Below are positions 1 to 12,561 of a DNA stretch of 64,000 nucleotides, one piece after another. Numbering within the stretch: the stretch's first letter is position 1; each line of letters opens with the position of its first letter. The notes under the pieces were generated by a model. It had not been told where the DNA came from, did not search any database, and saw nothing but the letters and a program-made list of their open reading frames with translations. Origin of the DNA: Azolla caroliniana (Eukaryota; Plantae; Polypodiophyta); the NCBI GenBank assembly GCA_043228905.1, contig JBHGNT010000014.1:8804001-8868000 (forward strand). Direction: 5' to 3'. The position numbers and the translations under genes were made by a program.

Positions 1-635
1 AAAGCAAGAATAACGCAACTAAAAACCTATAAATATGAGGGTATTCTTAGCAATTAGGAGAAAAAGGGAGGAATAGAATATCTACAAGAAGAAGTGAGGA
101 AAAATAAGAAGATTAGAAGAAGTGAGAAGAAGATTAGTTGAAGAAAGAGAGAAGAAGGAAATACTATTTTGGCTAATAGTATATTAAAGTAGTTATTTGG
201 GGTTGTTACTTTTGGAGTCTAAGAGGATTGTATTGTTTTCCTAATAGTATATTGAAGTATTCTTTTCTCTTCCTCTTCTCTTCTCTATCAATTTTCTCTC
301 TCTCCTCATCAGTAAGTAGCAACAAAAGCATATGTCTTTACAAAAGAGGCCGGTATAGCCTATTTATACAAAATTGGGGAAAGTGGGTGAAATGGTTGTT
401 TAGTAGTTAAGTGACTCTTGTACTACCAAATAGGTACAATAAACTAGGAATAAGAGGGAGTATCTTGGAAAAAGTGGAAGAGAGAAAAGGCATTTAAAGT
501 GTTGCAGATTCTAGAGAGAGAAAGCATTTAAAGAGTTGCAAATTCTAGAGAGAGTAGAATCTAGGAAGAGAGAATGTAGAACAGAGATAATAAAGATGAA
601 AGAGAGTGCAGGTTTGGAGCTGCCACCCTCCAACA
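1..635 (-). repeat. 3' LTR (partial, runs off window) of copia element 1
   Basis: On - strand the pol stop (643) is followed by PPT TGAGAGGAGG (636-645), then TGTTG at 635; TATAAATAG near 360. Confidence 0.75.
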
Positions 636-642
636 CCTCCTC

Positions 643-3600
643 TCAGCTCCAGAACGGCGGTCCAACATTGAGTCGATCGAGGTGCTGATCAATGGCTTGC
701 CGTGGAAGTGGCTTAGTAAATAAATCAGCCAAATTTTCTTGAGTAGGACAATATGCTAAGTTGATGACTTGTGATTTCACTAATTCATGAACAAAATGGT
801 AGTGCACTTTGATATGTTTTGTTCTACCATGAAATGTTGAGCTATGTGCCAAGGCACAGGCACTTAGGCTGTCCATGAAAACTGCAATAGGAGAGTCTTG
901 CAAAACACCAATGTGAGAAAACAATTGCATTAACCATAGCAACTCACAACAAGTATCCAAGTAGCACGATATTCAGCTTCCATCGATGAAGTAGAAACTG
1001 AGTTTTTCTTCTTCGATTTCCAAGAAATGAAGCCTGAACCTAACATAAAACAATAGCCAGATGTGGACCTTCTAGAATCAACATCACCTGCCCAATCAGC
1101 ATCTGAGTAGCCAACAAGCCCAATGCCTCCTCTAAAAGACATACCATAGTCGATTGTGTTGGCCAAATACCGAAGAACTCGAATAGCTGCTTGCCGATGA
1201 CTTTGTCTTGGAGCACTTGAGAATTGGCTGAGAGACTCACGCTATAGGACAAATCAGGCCTGGTGTAAGTTAAGTGAAGAAGGAACCCAATTAACCTTCT
1301 ACATTTCGTGATATCTTCAAATATGGGAGAATTTTCTTCACGAGATAGCTTTGAGTTTGGATCCATTGGATAGGAGAGTGGCTTGCAATTTGACATGTTA
1401 TATGTCTCAAGGAGCTGCCTGAGATACCTATTGTGGCTCAGGAAGATACTACCATGTGATTGATAGACCTCCATACCTATGAAATAATGGAGAAGTCCTA
1501 GATCAGTCATTTCGAAGGTTGTTTTGAGGTCAGTGCGGAGCTCCTCGATTTTAGAAGCAAGGGACCCTGTAATTAGAAGGTCATCAACATATAATATGAT
1601 CAAGCATTGCAAATTATCTTGGGAAAAAACATAGATATTGATGTCAGCAAAACAGTTTGGAAACCCAAGAGAGAGAAAGAAGGTATCAATTTTGTCATGC
1701 CAAGCTTTGGGAGCTTGCTTTAAGCCATACAAGGCTTTGTGTAACCTGTAGACCATGTTTTTCTGCTCTGAAATCTCAAAACCAGGAGGCTGTTCAACAT
1801 AAAACTCCTCTTTCAACTCACCATTAAGGAAGGCTGACTTGACATCGATTTGAAAGATGGGCCATTTGTTGTGAGCAGCAAGACCAAGTGCACATCGAAT
1901 AGAGGTGTACCTTGCTATTGGAGCAAAAGTTTCCTCGTAATCCACTCCGACTTGTGAGTAGCCTTTTGCAACTAAACGTGCCTTGTGCTTATCCAAACTA
2001 CCATCAGCATGGTACTTGGTCTTGAAAATCCATTTCAGTCCAATGGCTTGTCGATGTTGAGGCCGTGGAACCAGCTCCCATGTATGATTCCGCTCAATGG
2101 AATCAAGTTCAACTTCCATTGCTGCTTTCCACTTTGGAAGAACAAGGGCCTCTTTTGTTGTTGTGGGTTCTTGTGATTGCACAACAGTGCACAATAAGGC
2201 AAAGTTGCATGAGTGAAGAGGCCGTTGTGACCTACATGTTCTTTTCATGTTGGTCGGAGAACTAGATGTATACTCATGAAGTTCAGGATCTGAGAGATGA
2301 GAATCACGAATGGTGGCTTGAAGCCACTTGGGAAGTGGTGGAAGTTGGTGTGTAGAGGGAGGGGAAAGGAGTGGAGTTGAGGGAGATGTTTGAATTGTTG
2401 GCGAAGTTAGAGGTTGAGTAGGAGGAGATGGGGGGCTTGAAGGTGAGACATCTTCGTCTAAAATAGGAGGTTTCGGAGGAGCTGGGATTTCAACCGTAAA
2501 CTCAGGTGAAATCCTAGAGTCATCCGGCTGAGACTCCACAAAATGAACATCCCTAGAGATGACTAGGGACTTTGATTCTAAATCCCATAACTTGTAGGCT
2601 TTAGATTGTGTGCTGTAACCAAGAAATTTGCATTTCTTGGTTTTGGACTCAAATTTAGTCCTTTTATGATCTGAAATGTGAAGATAAGCATCATAATCAA
2701 AGACTTTAAAATTAGAAACTGAGGGCTTTACACCTGTAAATGTTTCTGCAGGGGTCATTGCAGCAACTGCTTTTGTTGGGCAGCAGTTGATGATGTAAAC
2801 TGTTGTGTTGACAGCTTCACCCCAAAACGAGGGAGGAAGATCAGATTGAGATAGCATTGTACGAGCCATCTCTTGGGCTGTCCGGTTCTTCCTTTCCACA
2901 ACTTCATTTTGTTGAGTAGTGGGTGTAGAAAATTGGGGAGCAATGCCTCGTTGAGAGCAGAAATGGTGGAAAGCTTGGGAGATAAACTCTCCACCATTGT
3001 CGGACCTAATCTTTCGAACTTTCTTTGATGTCTCGTTCTCCACAAGAGTTACCCATTCTTGAAATTTGGTGAAGGCTTGAGATTTTTCTACAAGAAAATA
3101 AACCCAAACCTTACGGGACAAATCATCAATAATAAGCATGAAGTAGCGTGCACCACCAAGAGTAGTGGTTTTCATGGGACCACAAAGATCCATGTGCACT
3201 AACTCCAAGATAGATGCTACACATTGAGTGGCTTCATGAGGGAAAGGCTCTTGATGTTGCTTGCCATGAAGACAAACAACACATGGGGTATTGGGAGTTT
3301 TGAAAATAGGTAGACCCTCAACTAGCTGTGAAGAGGAGAGCTTTTGTAGACAATCGTAGTTGAGGTGACTGAACCTAGCAAGCCACAACGTGGGATCTTC
3401 TTGTGCCACCAAGGCATGAGAGCCTTGAAGAAGATGAGATTTGGATTTTTCCAAGAGGCTATGGGAACTTTTCAGGCCATATAAACCCCCCTCTTGTGTG
3501 CGACTAGCTACAATTTGTAGGTTGTTGGTGTCAATGACTTCCAAAACTGAGCTATCAAAGTAGAATCCATAACCTTGCTTAATGATTTGGTAGACCGAAA

Positions 3601-4578
3601 GTAGGTTGGCAGAGATGCGAGGCATGTGTAGGACATCTTGAAGAACGGCAGGTTCGTCATTTGAAGAAGTGTTAAGAAACACATTACCCACACATGAAGC
3701 CTCAATGCTTGAGGAATCTCCTATGGAGATTTGAGAGGAGCTAGGCTTCACATCATGCAAAATGGATTTGTCATAAGTCATGTGTGCAGTGGCACCATTG
3801 TCTACTAACCACTCATCAATCGTTGAGGTAGTTGTTCCAGCCAAATGTGAAGAATGTTCCTCAATGTGAAGGAAAACAGTTGCTTTGGCTGAGTGGACCG
3901 AGTTTGATTTTGATGTATGTTGACTTTTGGTAGAAGAAGATCTCTTGGCATTGTCCCTTTTCTTTTTTTGATAGTTAGGCTGAATGTGACCGCTATAGCC
4001 ACAATAATGACAGGTGAGCTCCTTGTAGGCTGGGCTGTTTGGTGGTCTTGGATTGGGTTTGTTGTAGGAGTTGCCATTTTGCTTCCACTTGCCTTTACTC
4101 TTCGCATGTAGAAACGTCTCATTGGAAGTTTGAGCACTTTTCTTCCTTGTTGCCATGTCTTCTACTTGATCATTAGATGATGCACAAACTCAACTTCAGT
4201 TGACTTGCTTCCCAAGGAAACTAGCTCCTTTTGAAGAGTAATAAATTGCGTGATTTGATCCATTGGAGTGTCATAAATCTTGAGATTTGCTCTTTGGCTC
4301 TCAATAGCTATCATTTGAGCATGATTAGCTTGATGATACCTCATTTTGATGGCTGCCCATAGTTCATTGGCTGTCTCTTCATCTCTTCATCTGTATCTTG
4401 AAATTGACAAGCCATGCTCGGTTTAATATTAAACACGAGGAAAGCATGAGCACGAGAATCCTTATGTAGCCAAGCTTCAATCTCAGCTTTAGATGAGCCA
4501 GCAAATGATGTGGTTAAAGAAGATGAAGTTATCGCTGGTTTCTTCTCACTACCATTGATTGCATTCCATAGACGATGG
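643..4578 (-). mobile_element. Ty1/copia element 1 gag-pol (degenerate, 5'-truncated by element 2)
   Basis: ORFs show zinc knuckle CHYCGYSGH, protease [11 protein letters not shown], integrase [32 protein letters not shown] and RNase H ADLFTKPL, with frameshifts. Confidence 0.93.
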
Positions 4579-5305
4579 TGTTAAGAATCGCGCTCGGCCA
4601 CAACCGAGTTTCAAATGCCAACCACTACTCCTATTATTGCCTTAGTTATATTTATACTTATATAACTTTGGGGCTATTTACACATATGACCTCAACAACC
4701 ACATCAGAACACATTTACTAATAAGTCCGGCCGGATACCTTCCGGATCCTTCCTTCGACTTGTTTGATCCGGCTCGTTTGGTTATCATCCAGATCCCATC
4801 CGGAGGGACCGGTTTCCCAACAAACTCCCCCTTCACCCCGGCATGGGATGTCTCGTCAATTCGATCCGTCTTTGACATGCGTCCAACTTGTTGGTTGACA
4901 ATATCTTGGTCAGCATGTCCGACCCATTCTCCTCTATATGGATCTTCATCAGAGCAAAGTCTTTGTCTTCTACTTTCTCCTGGAGCTAGTGATATCTCCT
5001 CTGGATGTGCTTGGTCTGGGAATGATAGGCCGTGTTCTTCGCGAGGTGGGTGACACTTTCATTGTCGTAGTAGAGCCAGAATTCCTCCTGCCGGTTCCCT
5101 AACTCTCCGATGAAGTCCTTCATCCATATTACTTCCTTGCCGGCTTCTACAGCCGCCATGTATTCCGCTTCCGTTGTCGACAATGCCACCGATTTTGCAG
5201 TCTTGATTGCCATGATACTACTCCCCTTGCATAGGTCATGATGTGTCCGGGATGTGGACCGGCTGGGGACCGACTGTTATCTACATCAGCCGACATGTCC
5301 AAATC

Positions 5306-5553
5306 TGTTACAGGCATGACCATATAATATCCCGTGGTGAGAATTTACCGTAGTATTCTAAACACGTGGATAAGTGTGAGGGTAAAGAAGGGGAGGATTA
5401 CTTACACGTGGCCTAATGGGTTGTCTCAATCTTGAGGATTAAAAGTAATCCTCCCCTTCGTTACACTCTCGTTTAACCCTCACACTTATCCACGTGTATA
5501 GAATACTACAATAAATTCTCTCCACGGGATATTATATGGTCATGCCCGTAACA
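5306..5553. mobile_element. 248-bp fold-back/MITE-like element with TGTTAC...GTAACA termini
   Basis: About 100-bp inverted arms (one indel). Removing it plus one 5-bp flank (AAATC/GAATG) restores the copia frame GFTDLDMSADVDN. Confidence 0.85.
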
Positions 5554-6891
5554 GAATGCGTAAAGCCTTCCAATAGGGGTTTACTAGAGCCAAACCGGAG
5601 GCACATGTTCAAGGTGCCTTTCAGGTACCGAAGGATCCACTTGACGGCGGCCCAATGCTCTCTTCCCGGATTGCTCATGAACCGATTGACCACTCCGACT
5701 GCATATCCGATGTCCGGTTGGGTACAGACTATGGCGTACATTAGGCTTCCAATTGCTGAGGTGTACGGTACCTTCGTCATCCGCTTTCTTTGCCTTTGTC
5801 TTCGGGCTTTGTTTTCCGGACAGTTTGCAGTTTACGGGAAGTGTTAACCTAACTGGCTTTGCATACGTCATGCTGAACTGTTGGAGCACCTTCGTCATGT
5901 ACTTCTCCTGTGACAGCCACAATAGCTTCTTCGTCTGGTCCTGGACAATGTGCATCCCCAGTATCTGTCTCGCCGGACCCAAATCTTTCATTGAGAAGGA
6001 CCGGTTCAAGGCCTTCTTCAGAATTCCGATTTTGGTGCTATTTCGTCCGATGATCAGCATGTCGTCCATGTACAACAGGAGTATTAGAAAATCTCCTCTG
6101 TCAAACTTCTTCACGAACTCACGGTGGTCGGCCTGCTTCTCGTGGTATCCTTGTTCGGTCATGAAGGAGTCGAACTTCCGTACCATAGCCGGGGAGCTTG
6201 CTTCAGTCTGTATAAGCTCTTCTTCAACCGGCACACCAGGTTCTCCTTGCCTTTCTTGACAAATCCCTCTGGCTGCATTTAGATCTCCTCCTCGAGGTCA
6301 CCGTGTAGGAACTCTGTCTTGACATCTAGTTGCTCGACCTCGAGGTCCATGCTTGCCGCTATGGTCAACACAGTCCGGATGGATGTCATTTTCACTACCG
6401 GGGCAAAGATCTCATTGAAATCCACTCCTTTATTTTGCCGGAATCCCTTCACCACAATGCGGGCTTTGTACCTCGGTGGATTTCCAGCGTCTCCTGGTTT
6501 CAGCTTGTACACCCACTTGTTCCGGAGCGCTCTCTTTCCTTTCAGCAGCTCCGTCGGTTCATATGTGTGGTTCTCATGCAAGGAATCCATCTCATCCTGC
6601 ATGGCACTTAACCACTGTTAGGTGTAAAGGCCCGCAGTTCACAAATTAGGTAATTATTCGTATATGTGAACACATTGTTCACCTGGACATGACACCTCCT
6701 TTTATAATGTGAACGCACCACTTTCTTTGTAAGGTTAACTAATATAATAACCTTTTTTTCTTGTGTACCAATCAAGGCGGTTGGGTACACCAAAGATCTG
6801 CGTGTCTCTACTCTCATCTCTACTACAGTCTTGTTTGCTGAACGTCATCTCTCAATAGCTGATCCGTCAAACATCCCTCTTTGCCTTTAAC

Positions 6892-6903
6892 TGGTATCAG
6901 AGC
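6892..6903 (+). promoter_or_regulatory. Primer binding site (tRNA-iMet) of copia element 3
   Basis: TGGTATCAGAGC directly after the 5' LTR. Confidence 0.92.
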
Positions 6904-7066
6904 CAAATCTCTTTCCTCTGCTTTGCTGTTTTTCTTTAGATTCAGAATCAGCAGAAAACACAGATTTAAAAAATAAAATAAAAATAAAAATAAAAAATCT
7001 GTCAGACCCTTTCCTGTTGGTATTTTGCTCAATTTCTGAAGGCATCTGTCATAAATCTTGGGAGCA

Positions 7067-10000
7067 ATGGCCTCCACTTCAGCTGAAGTGAAAAACTTCT
7101 TTGAAATCAAGAGATTTGATGGAAAAGGTTTCAAATTGTGGAAAGAGCGTATGCTGGGCATCCTCTTTCTAAGAGATTGTGAAGATGCTCTTGTAGAAAA
7201 GAAACCAGAGAGCATGGAAAATGATGCTTGGAACACTCTGAATAAGAAAGCCATTACATATATTAAAATGGTTGTTTCTGATGAAATTCTTGTAGATGTA
7301 AAGGGCTTGACTACTGCCCATCAAGTTTGGGAGAAACTTAAGAAAACTTACGAGAATACTACTCTTGTGAATCAGGTGCATTTGATGAGAAAACTTGTCA
7401 GTATGAGGCTTGATGAGTCGAACGGTGCAACAGAGCATCTATCGTTATTCACAGGTACTCTCTCCCAACTACAAGATTCAGGATTACCAGCTTTTGATGA
7501 CAAGCTCAAAGCTATCTTCCTACTTATGACTTTACCGGATTTGTGGGAAACATTAGTTGTTTCACTATCTAATAGCCCCACCTTGACCTTCGATGGTGTG
7601 TGGGGCTCTATTCTCAGTGAAGAGATTAGAAGACAATCTAGCGGAGAAGGTAGTAGTTCAGCATACAATATTAGGGGGAGATATGATAAGAGGAACCCAA
7701 ATGTAGGACAAAGAAATAGAAGTAAGAGTAGAGGGAAAGGAAAACAACAAGATATCACATGCTATCATTGTGGCCGTAAAGGTCATAAGAAACCTGATTG
7801 TAGATATTGGAAGATGGAACTAGAAAGGAAGAAGAATGTAGGAGAGAAGAAAAACAAAGATGATAAGTTTAATACAACAGAGAAAGCTAATATGGCTTCA
7901 AATGTTATCATTGAAGACCTATCTGGTGAAGATGGTGATGTACTTTGTATTACAGGTGATGCCTTTATAGCTCATGTTCAAGACATGCAAATCACCAAAA
8001 CAAATGTTATTGATGCTTTATTGTCAATCGATGATGGATTGACACAGACATGGATAGTAGACTCCGGGGCTTCTTTTCATGTTACTCCATGTTTGGAGTG
8101 CTTTACCACATTTGATGCAGGCAGTTATGGAAAAGTTTATCTTGGTAACAATAGTGCTTGCAATATTGATGGTATTGGAACCATACACTTGTCTTTGGAT
8201 AATGGTCAAGAGCTTGTGCTCAAAGATGTTAGGTATGTACTTGGCATTAAGAAAAGTTTGCTATCTGTAGGACAGATGGATTTGCATGGTTACACCACAT
8301 TATTCGGTGGTGGATTATGGAAACTAAAGAAAGGATCTATAGTTATTGTGAAAGGTTGCAAAAAGGGCACTCTGTACTGTTTGTAATGTAAAGCTTTACT
8401 TGGAAAGTTTCTTGCTATTTCTGAATTCGACTCTCATTTAGAGCTTTGGCATAAGAGATTAGGACATATGAGCCAAAAAGGACTTGAAGTCCTTTCTGCT
8501 AAAAAGATTTGATGTTAAAGGATCAAAGCTGGTTTTTTGTAATGATTGTCTATTTGGCAAACAAGTGAGAAATTCTTATTATTCTGGTATTTGTCGTAAA
8601 CCAAATGTGCTAGATTTGGTGCATTCTGATGTATGTAGCATGCCTGTAAAATCCTTGGGCGGTGCTGCATATTTTATTTCCTTTATCGATGATTATTCTA
8701 GGAAGATTTGGGTGTACTTGATGAAAAGAAAAGGTGATACATTTGATGCATTTAAATCTTTTCATGCATTTGTGACTACTCAAAAAGGGACAAAACTGAA
8801 ATGTCTCAGAACAGATAATGGGGGTGAGTTTACATCTGCAGAATTTAAGTCTCATTGTGACTTACATGGTATTAAAAGAGAGCTTACAGCTCCATATAAC
8901 CCTTCATCAAATGGGGTGGCAGAAAGGTATAAGAGGACCTTGTGTGAGCGAGTACGATGCATGCTGTCCACAGCTAATCTCCCTCATGAATTTTGGGAAG
9001 AAGCATTAAAAACTGTGGTTCATATATGTAATCATTCTCCCAACAAGTCCTTAAAAAATGGAATCCCTGAGGAGGTTTGGTCTGGCAAACCAGCCTCATA
9101 TGACCATTTACGAATTTTCGGTTGTGATGCGTTTGTACACATTAGAAGTGAGCTGAGAAATAAGCTCGGTGCTAAGTCCACCATGGGCATTTTTATGGGC
9201 TATGGTGATGAAGGTGAAATGGGCTATAGGATTTGGTTACCTCAGTCCAGAAAAATTGTACGCAGTCGGGATATTGTTTTTAATGAAGAAAAATTGCTGA
9301 AAAATGCTTGTTCCTTTGTTGGGAACTCTAAGAGCGTTACATTTCAGCAATTACAGCCATCCACAAAATCTGAAAATAAACCTCATGATGCTATACCAAA
9401 GGTTGAATATGATGATCGACCGGTTATCTTTGAGCCAGAAGTTGGACAGCAAAGAGATGCTCATGAAGGTATTGGTCAACGAGATGAAGGTACTGAAGAA
9501 CAAAATATAGATGTCGAACAACATGCTGGACATGGTTTGCAACAGCTAGAAAGTGCTGAAAATGATTTTCCTCCAGATTTAGAACCAATCCCAGAAAATA
9601 TTGATCATTGGGTACGTAGGTCTAATTGTTCAAGGAGGCAGGTATATAGATATGACCCCTCTTTGCATTATGTCATGCTGTCAGATGAGGGTGAACCTCT
9701 TACTTAATAAGGAGGCAATGTCATGTGAACTTAGCAGTAAGTGGGAGCTTGCAATGCAAGAAGAAATAAAATCTTTATATGCAAATGATACATGTGATCT
9801 TGTGTCTTTACCTCAAGGAAGGAAAGCTCTTCCAAATAAGTGGGTTTATAAGGTAAAGGAAATTGAAGGGAAACCAAAATACAAGGCAAGATTAGTTGCC
9901 AAGGGTTATGCACAGAAGGAAGGTATTGACTTCCAAGAGGTCTTCTCTCCTGTTGTGAAGATGACCACACTTCGTGTGCTATTTGCTCTCACTGCAATGC

Positions 10001-11241
10001 TTAATTTGGAGTTGTACCAAATGGATGTAAAGACCGCTTTTTGTCATGGTGATATTGATGAAGAGATCTACATGAAACAACCTGAGGGTTTTGTAGTCTC
10101 TAACAAGGAGCATTTGGTATGCAAACTAAAACGTAGCTTGTATGGCCTAAAACAAGCACCACGACAGTGGTATAAGAAGTTTGATACTTTTATGCTTTCT
10201 CAAGGCTTTGATTGTAGCTATGCAGATCATTGTTTATACACGAAAAAGGATATCGATGACAGTCCTATCATACTTGTTCTATATGTGGATGATATGTTGC
10301 TAGTTGTGAAAAGAAAGACTAGTCTTGATGCTCTAAAAGATCAACTGAAATTGGTCTTCTCTATGACAGATTTGGGAAATGCAGAGCATATTTTGGGCAT
10401 GAGAATCAGTAGAAACAGAAAAGACAAATTGTTGTTTTTGTCACAAGAAAAGTACATTGAAGAAGTGCTTAACAGATTTAATATGGCAGAAGCAAAGTCC
10501 ATTGGAGTTCCTTTGCCGTCATATCTTAAACTCAGCAAGGCTGATTGTCCAAAGGATGAGATGGAAATCAATGCTATGAAGGGAATTCCTTATGCATCAG
10601 CATGTGGTTCTCTAATGTATGCTATGGTAGCTACTCGTCCAGATATTGCTTATGCAATGGGAGTTGTTAGTCGCTATATGTCTAATCCCGGGAAAGCACA
10701 TTGGGAGGCTGTCAAGTGTGTTTTCAGGTATCTTAAAGGTACACAGAGAAAATGTTTATGCTATGGGAAGGGTGCATTAAATGTGTAGGGATATTGTGAT
10801 GCAGACATGGCAGGTGACTTGGATACACGTAAGTCTACTAGCGGGTATATATTTACAGTTGCTGGTGGAGCAATGTCTTGGTGCTCCAAATTGCAAAAGA
10901 TTGTAGCACTGAGTACTATTGAAGCTGAATATATTTCAGCTATAGAAGCTTCAAAGGAAGCTATATGGCTCAGCAAACTTGGTGAAGATCTTGGCATGTC
11001 TGTTAGTACTCCTGTGTTAGGATGTGATAGCCAGAGTGCTGTGTATCTAGCTAAGAATGCCATGTTTCATTCGCGCACCAAAAACATTGATGTGCGACAT
11101 CACTTTATCAGACAAGTTTTGGAGGATAGTCTAGTCACATTGACCAAGATCAAAACACAGGATAATCCTGCAGATATTCTCACTAAAAGTCTTGGCAAAG
11201 CTCAACATGAGCATTGCATACAGTTAGTGGGAGTTACTTGA
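7067..11241 (+). pseudogene. Copia gag-pol polyprotein of element 3 (disrupted)
   Basis: Gag FDGKGF, CYHCGRKGHKKPDC, WIVDSGAS, RTDNGGEF, YVDDML and ADILTK; in-frame stops at 8386, 9707 and 10788 plus frameshifts. Confidence 0.93.
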
Positions 11242-12033
11242 ATGTTCACATCAGACCTTTAAGTGGGAGGTTGTTAGGTGTAAAGGCCCGTAGTTCACAA
11301 ATTAGGTAATTATTTGTATATGTGAACACATTGTTCACCTGGACAGGACACCTCCTTTTATAATGTGAACGCACCACTTTCTTTGTAAGGTTAACTAATA
11401 TAATAACCTTTTTTTCTTGTGTACCAATCAAGGCGGTTGGGTACACCAAAGATCTGCGTGTCTCTACTCTCATCTCTACTACAGTCCTGTTTGCTGAACG
11501 TCATCTCTCAATAGTTGATCCGTCAAACATCCCTCTTTACCTTTAACCACTTGCGGTTGTGGGTGTCTTTCTTCTTCGAAGCTTTCCAGCTCCCCCTCGT
11601 CGGTCACATGCTCTGCATCCGGAAATCTCCGGGGGGCTCTTCTCTCTCTTAGAGGGTATCTACGTCCTTGACTTTCGGCCACCGGTTCTTCAGTTAGTTC
11701 TTCATCCAAATCCGATTCGGAGTCTTGTCCGGTTTTGTCGTCCGATCCTTCTTCAGTCGATTTAGTCCTTTGTCCGAATCCGGCCGGTTCAGTATGGTCT
11801 TCGGCTGACATCCGGCTCCTAACCAGTTGAATCCTTGCATCTTCCAACCGATCTCTATCGGTCGACCCGGAGGATACTATCTTCTTCTCCGATTCCCTGT
11901 CGGCGATGGTCTTTCATAAAGACTATGTCCCTACTCCGGATCACTTTCTTTTCGGCTAGGCTCCACAGTCTATAGCCGAACTCATCATCACCGTATCCAA
12001 GGCATATACATGGCTGAGTTTTCGGGTCTAGTT

Positions 12034-12561
12034 TGTTGGGAATAAAGGGCCATTGTGCCTTTTATTAGTGCACGACTGTGAACGCACTTGTAGCACACTT
12101 TTGACTTGTATATACATAATACCTAGAAACAAAAAAAGAGGTACACTCTTTGTACCCAAGACAACGTGCATCTCTCTCTCTCTCCCTTTGTCTCTCACTC
12201 AGACTCTCTCCCTCTCTGTTTTTGACCTAAACCCTAATCCTCATGCTGCCTTCAAACTAGTATCGGAGCAGAGTTTAGGGTTTTCTGCAGAGCAGGTTTG
12301 GTCCTCTTAGCCTTTTATTAGTGCACGACTGTGAACGCACTTGTAGCACACTTTTGACTTGTATATACATAATACCTAGAAACAAAAAAAGAGGTACACT
12401 CTTTGTACCCAAGACAACGTGCATCTCTCTCTCTCCCTTTGTCTCTCACTCAGACTCTCTCCCTCTCTGTTTTTGACCTAAACCCTAATCCTCATGCTGC
12501 CTTCAAACTAGTATCGGAGCAGAGTTTAGGGTTTTCTGCAGAGCAGGTTTGGTCCTCTTAG
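12034..12561 (+). repeat. Copia 5' LTR + PBS with tandem duplication (about 253-bp unit x2)
   Basis: LTR starts TGTTGGG at 12034; 12058-12310 is repeated at 12311-12561, each copy carrying the degenerate PBS TAGTATCGGAGC. Confidence 0.85.

Larger units (their letters stand above)
6616..11545 (+). mobile_element. Full-length Ty1/copia element 3 (two 274-bp LTRs, TSD ACCAC)
   Basis: LTRs 6616-6889 and 11272-11545 (about 6 mismatches), TSD ACCAC at 6611-6615/11546-11550, PBS at 6892, PPT AAGTGGGAGG at 11261. Confidence 0.97.
4579..12033 (-). mobile_element. Ty1/copia element 2 (3' LTR, RNase H, RT, integrase C-terminus), interrupted by a fold-back element and copia element 3
   Basis: LTR 4579-4822 (TG..CA), PPT AGGGGGAGTT 4823-4832, RNase H ALSTTEAEY (4986-5213), RT pieces 5554-6615; the sequence resumes at 11551-12033 after the nested element. 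Confidence 0.88.

Noticed and set aside
5308-5551. Tourist/PIF MITE with TTA/TAA TSD
   Set aside because: TTA and TAA are inverted rather than direct repeats, and the host frame is restored only with TGT..ACA ends and a 5-bp duplication.
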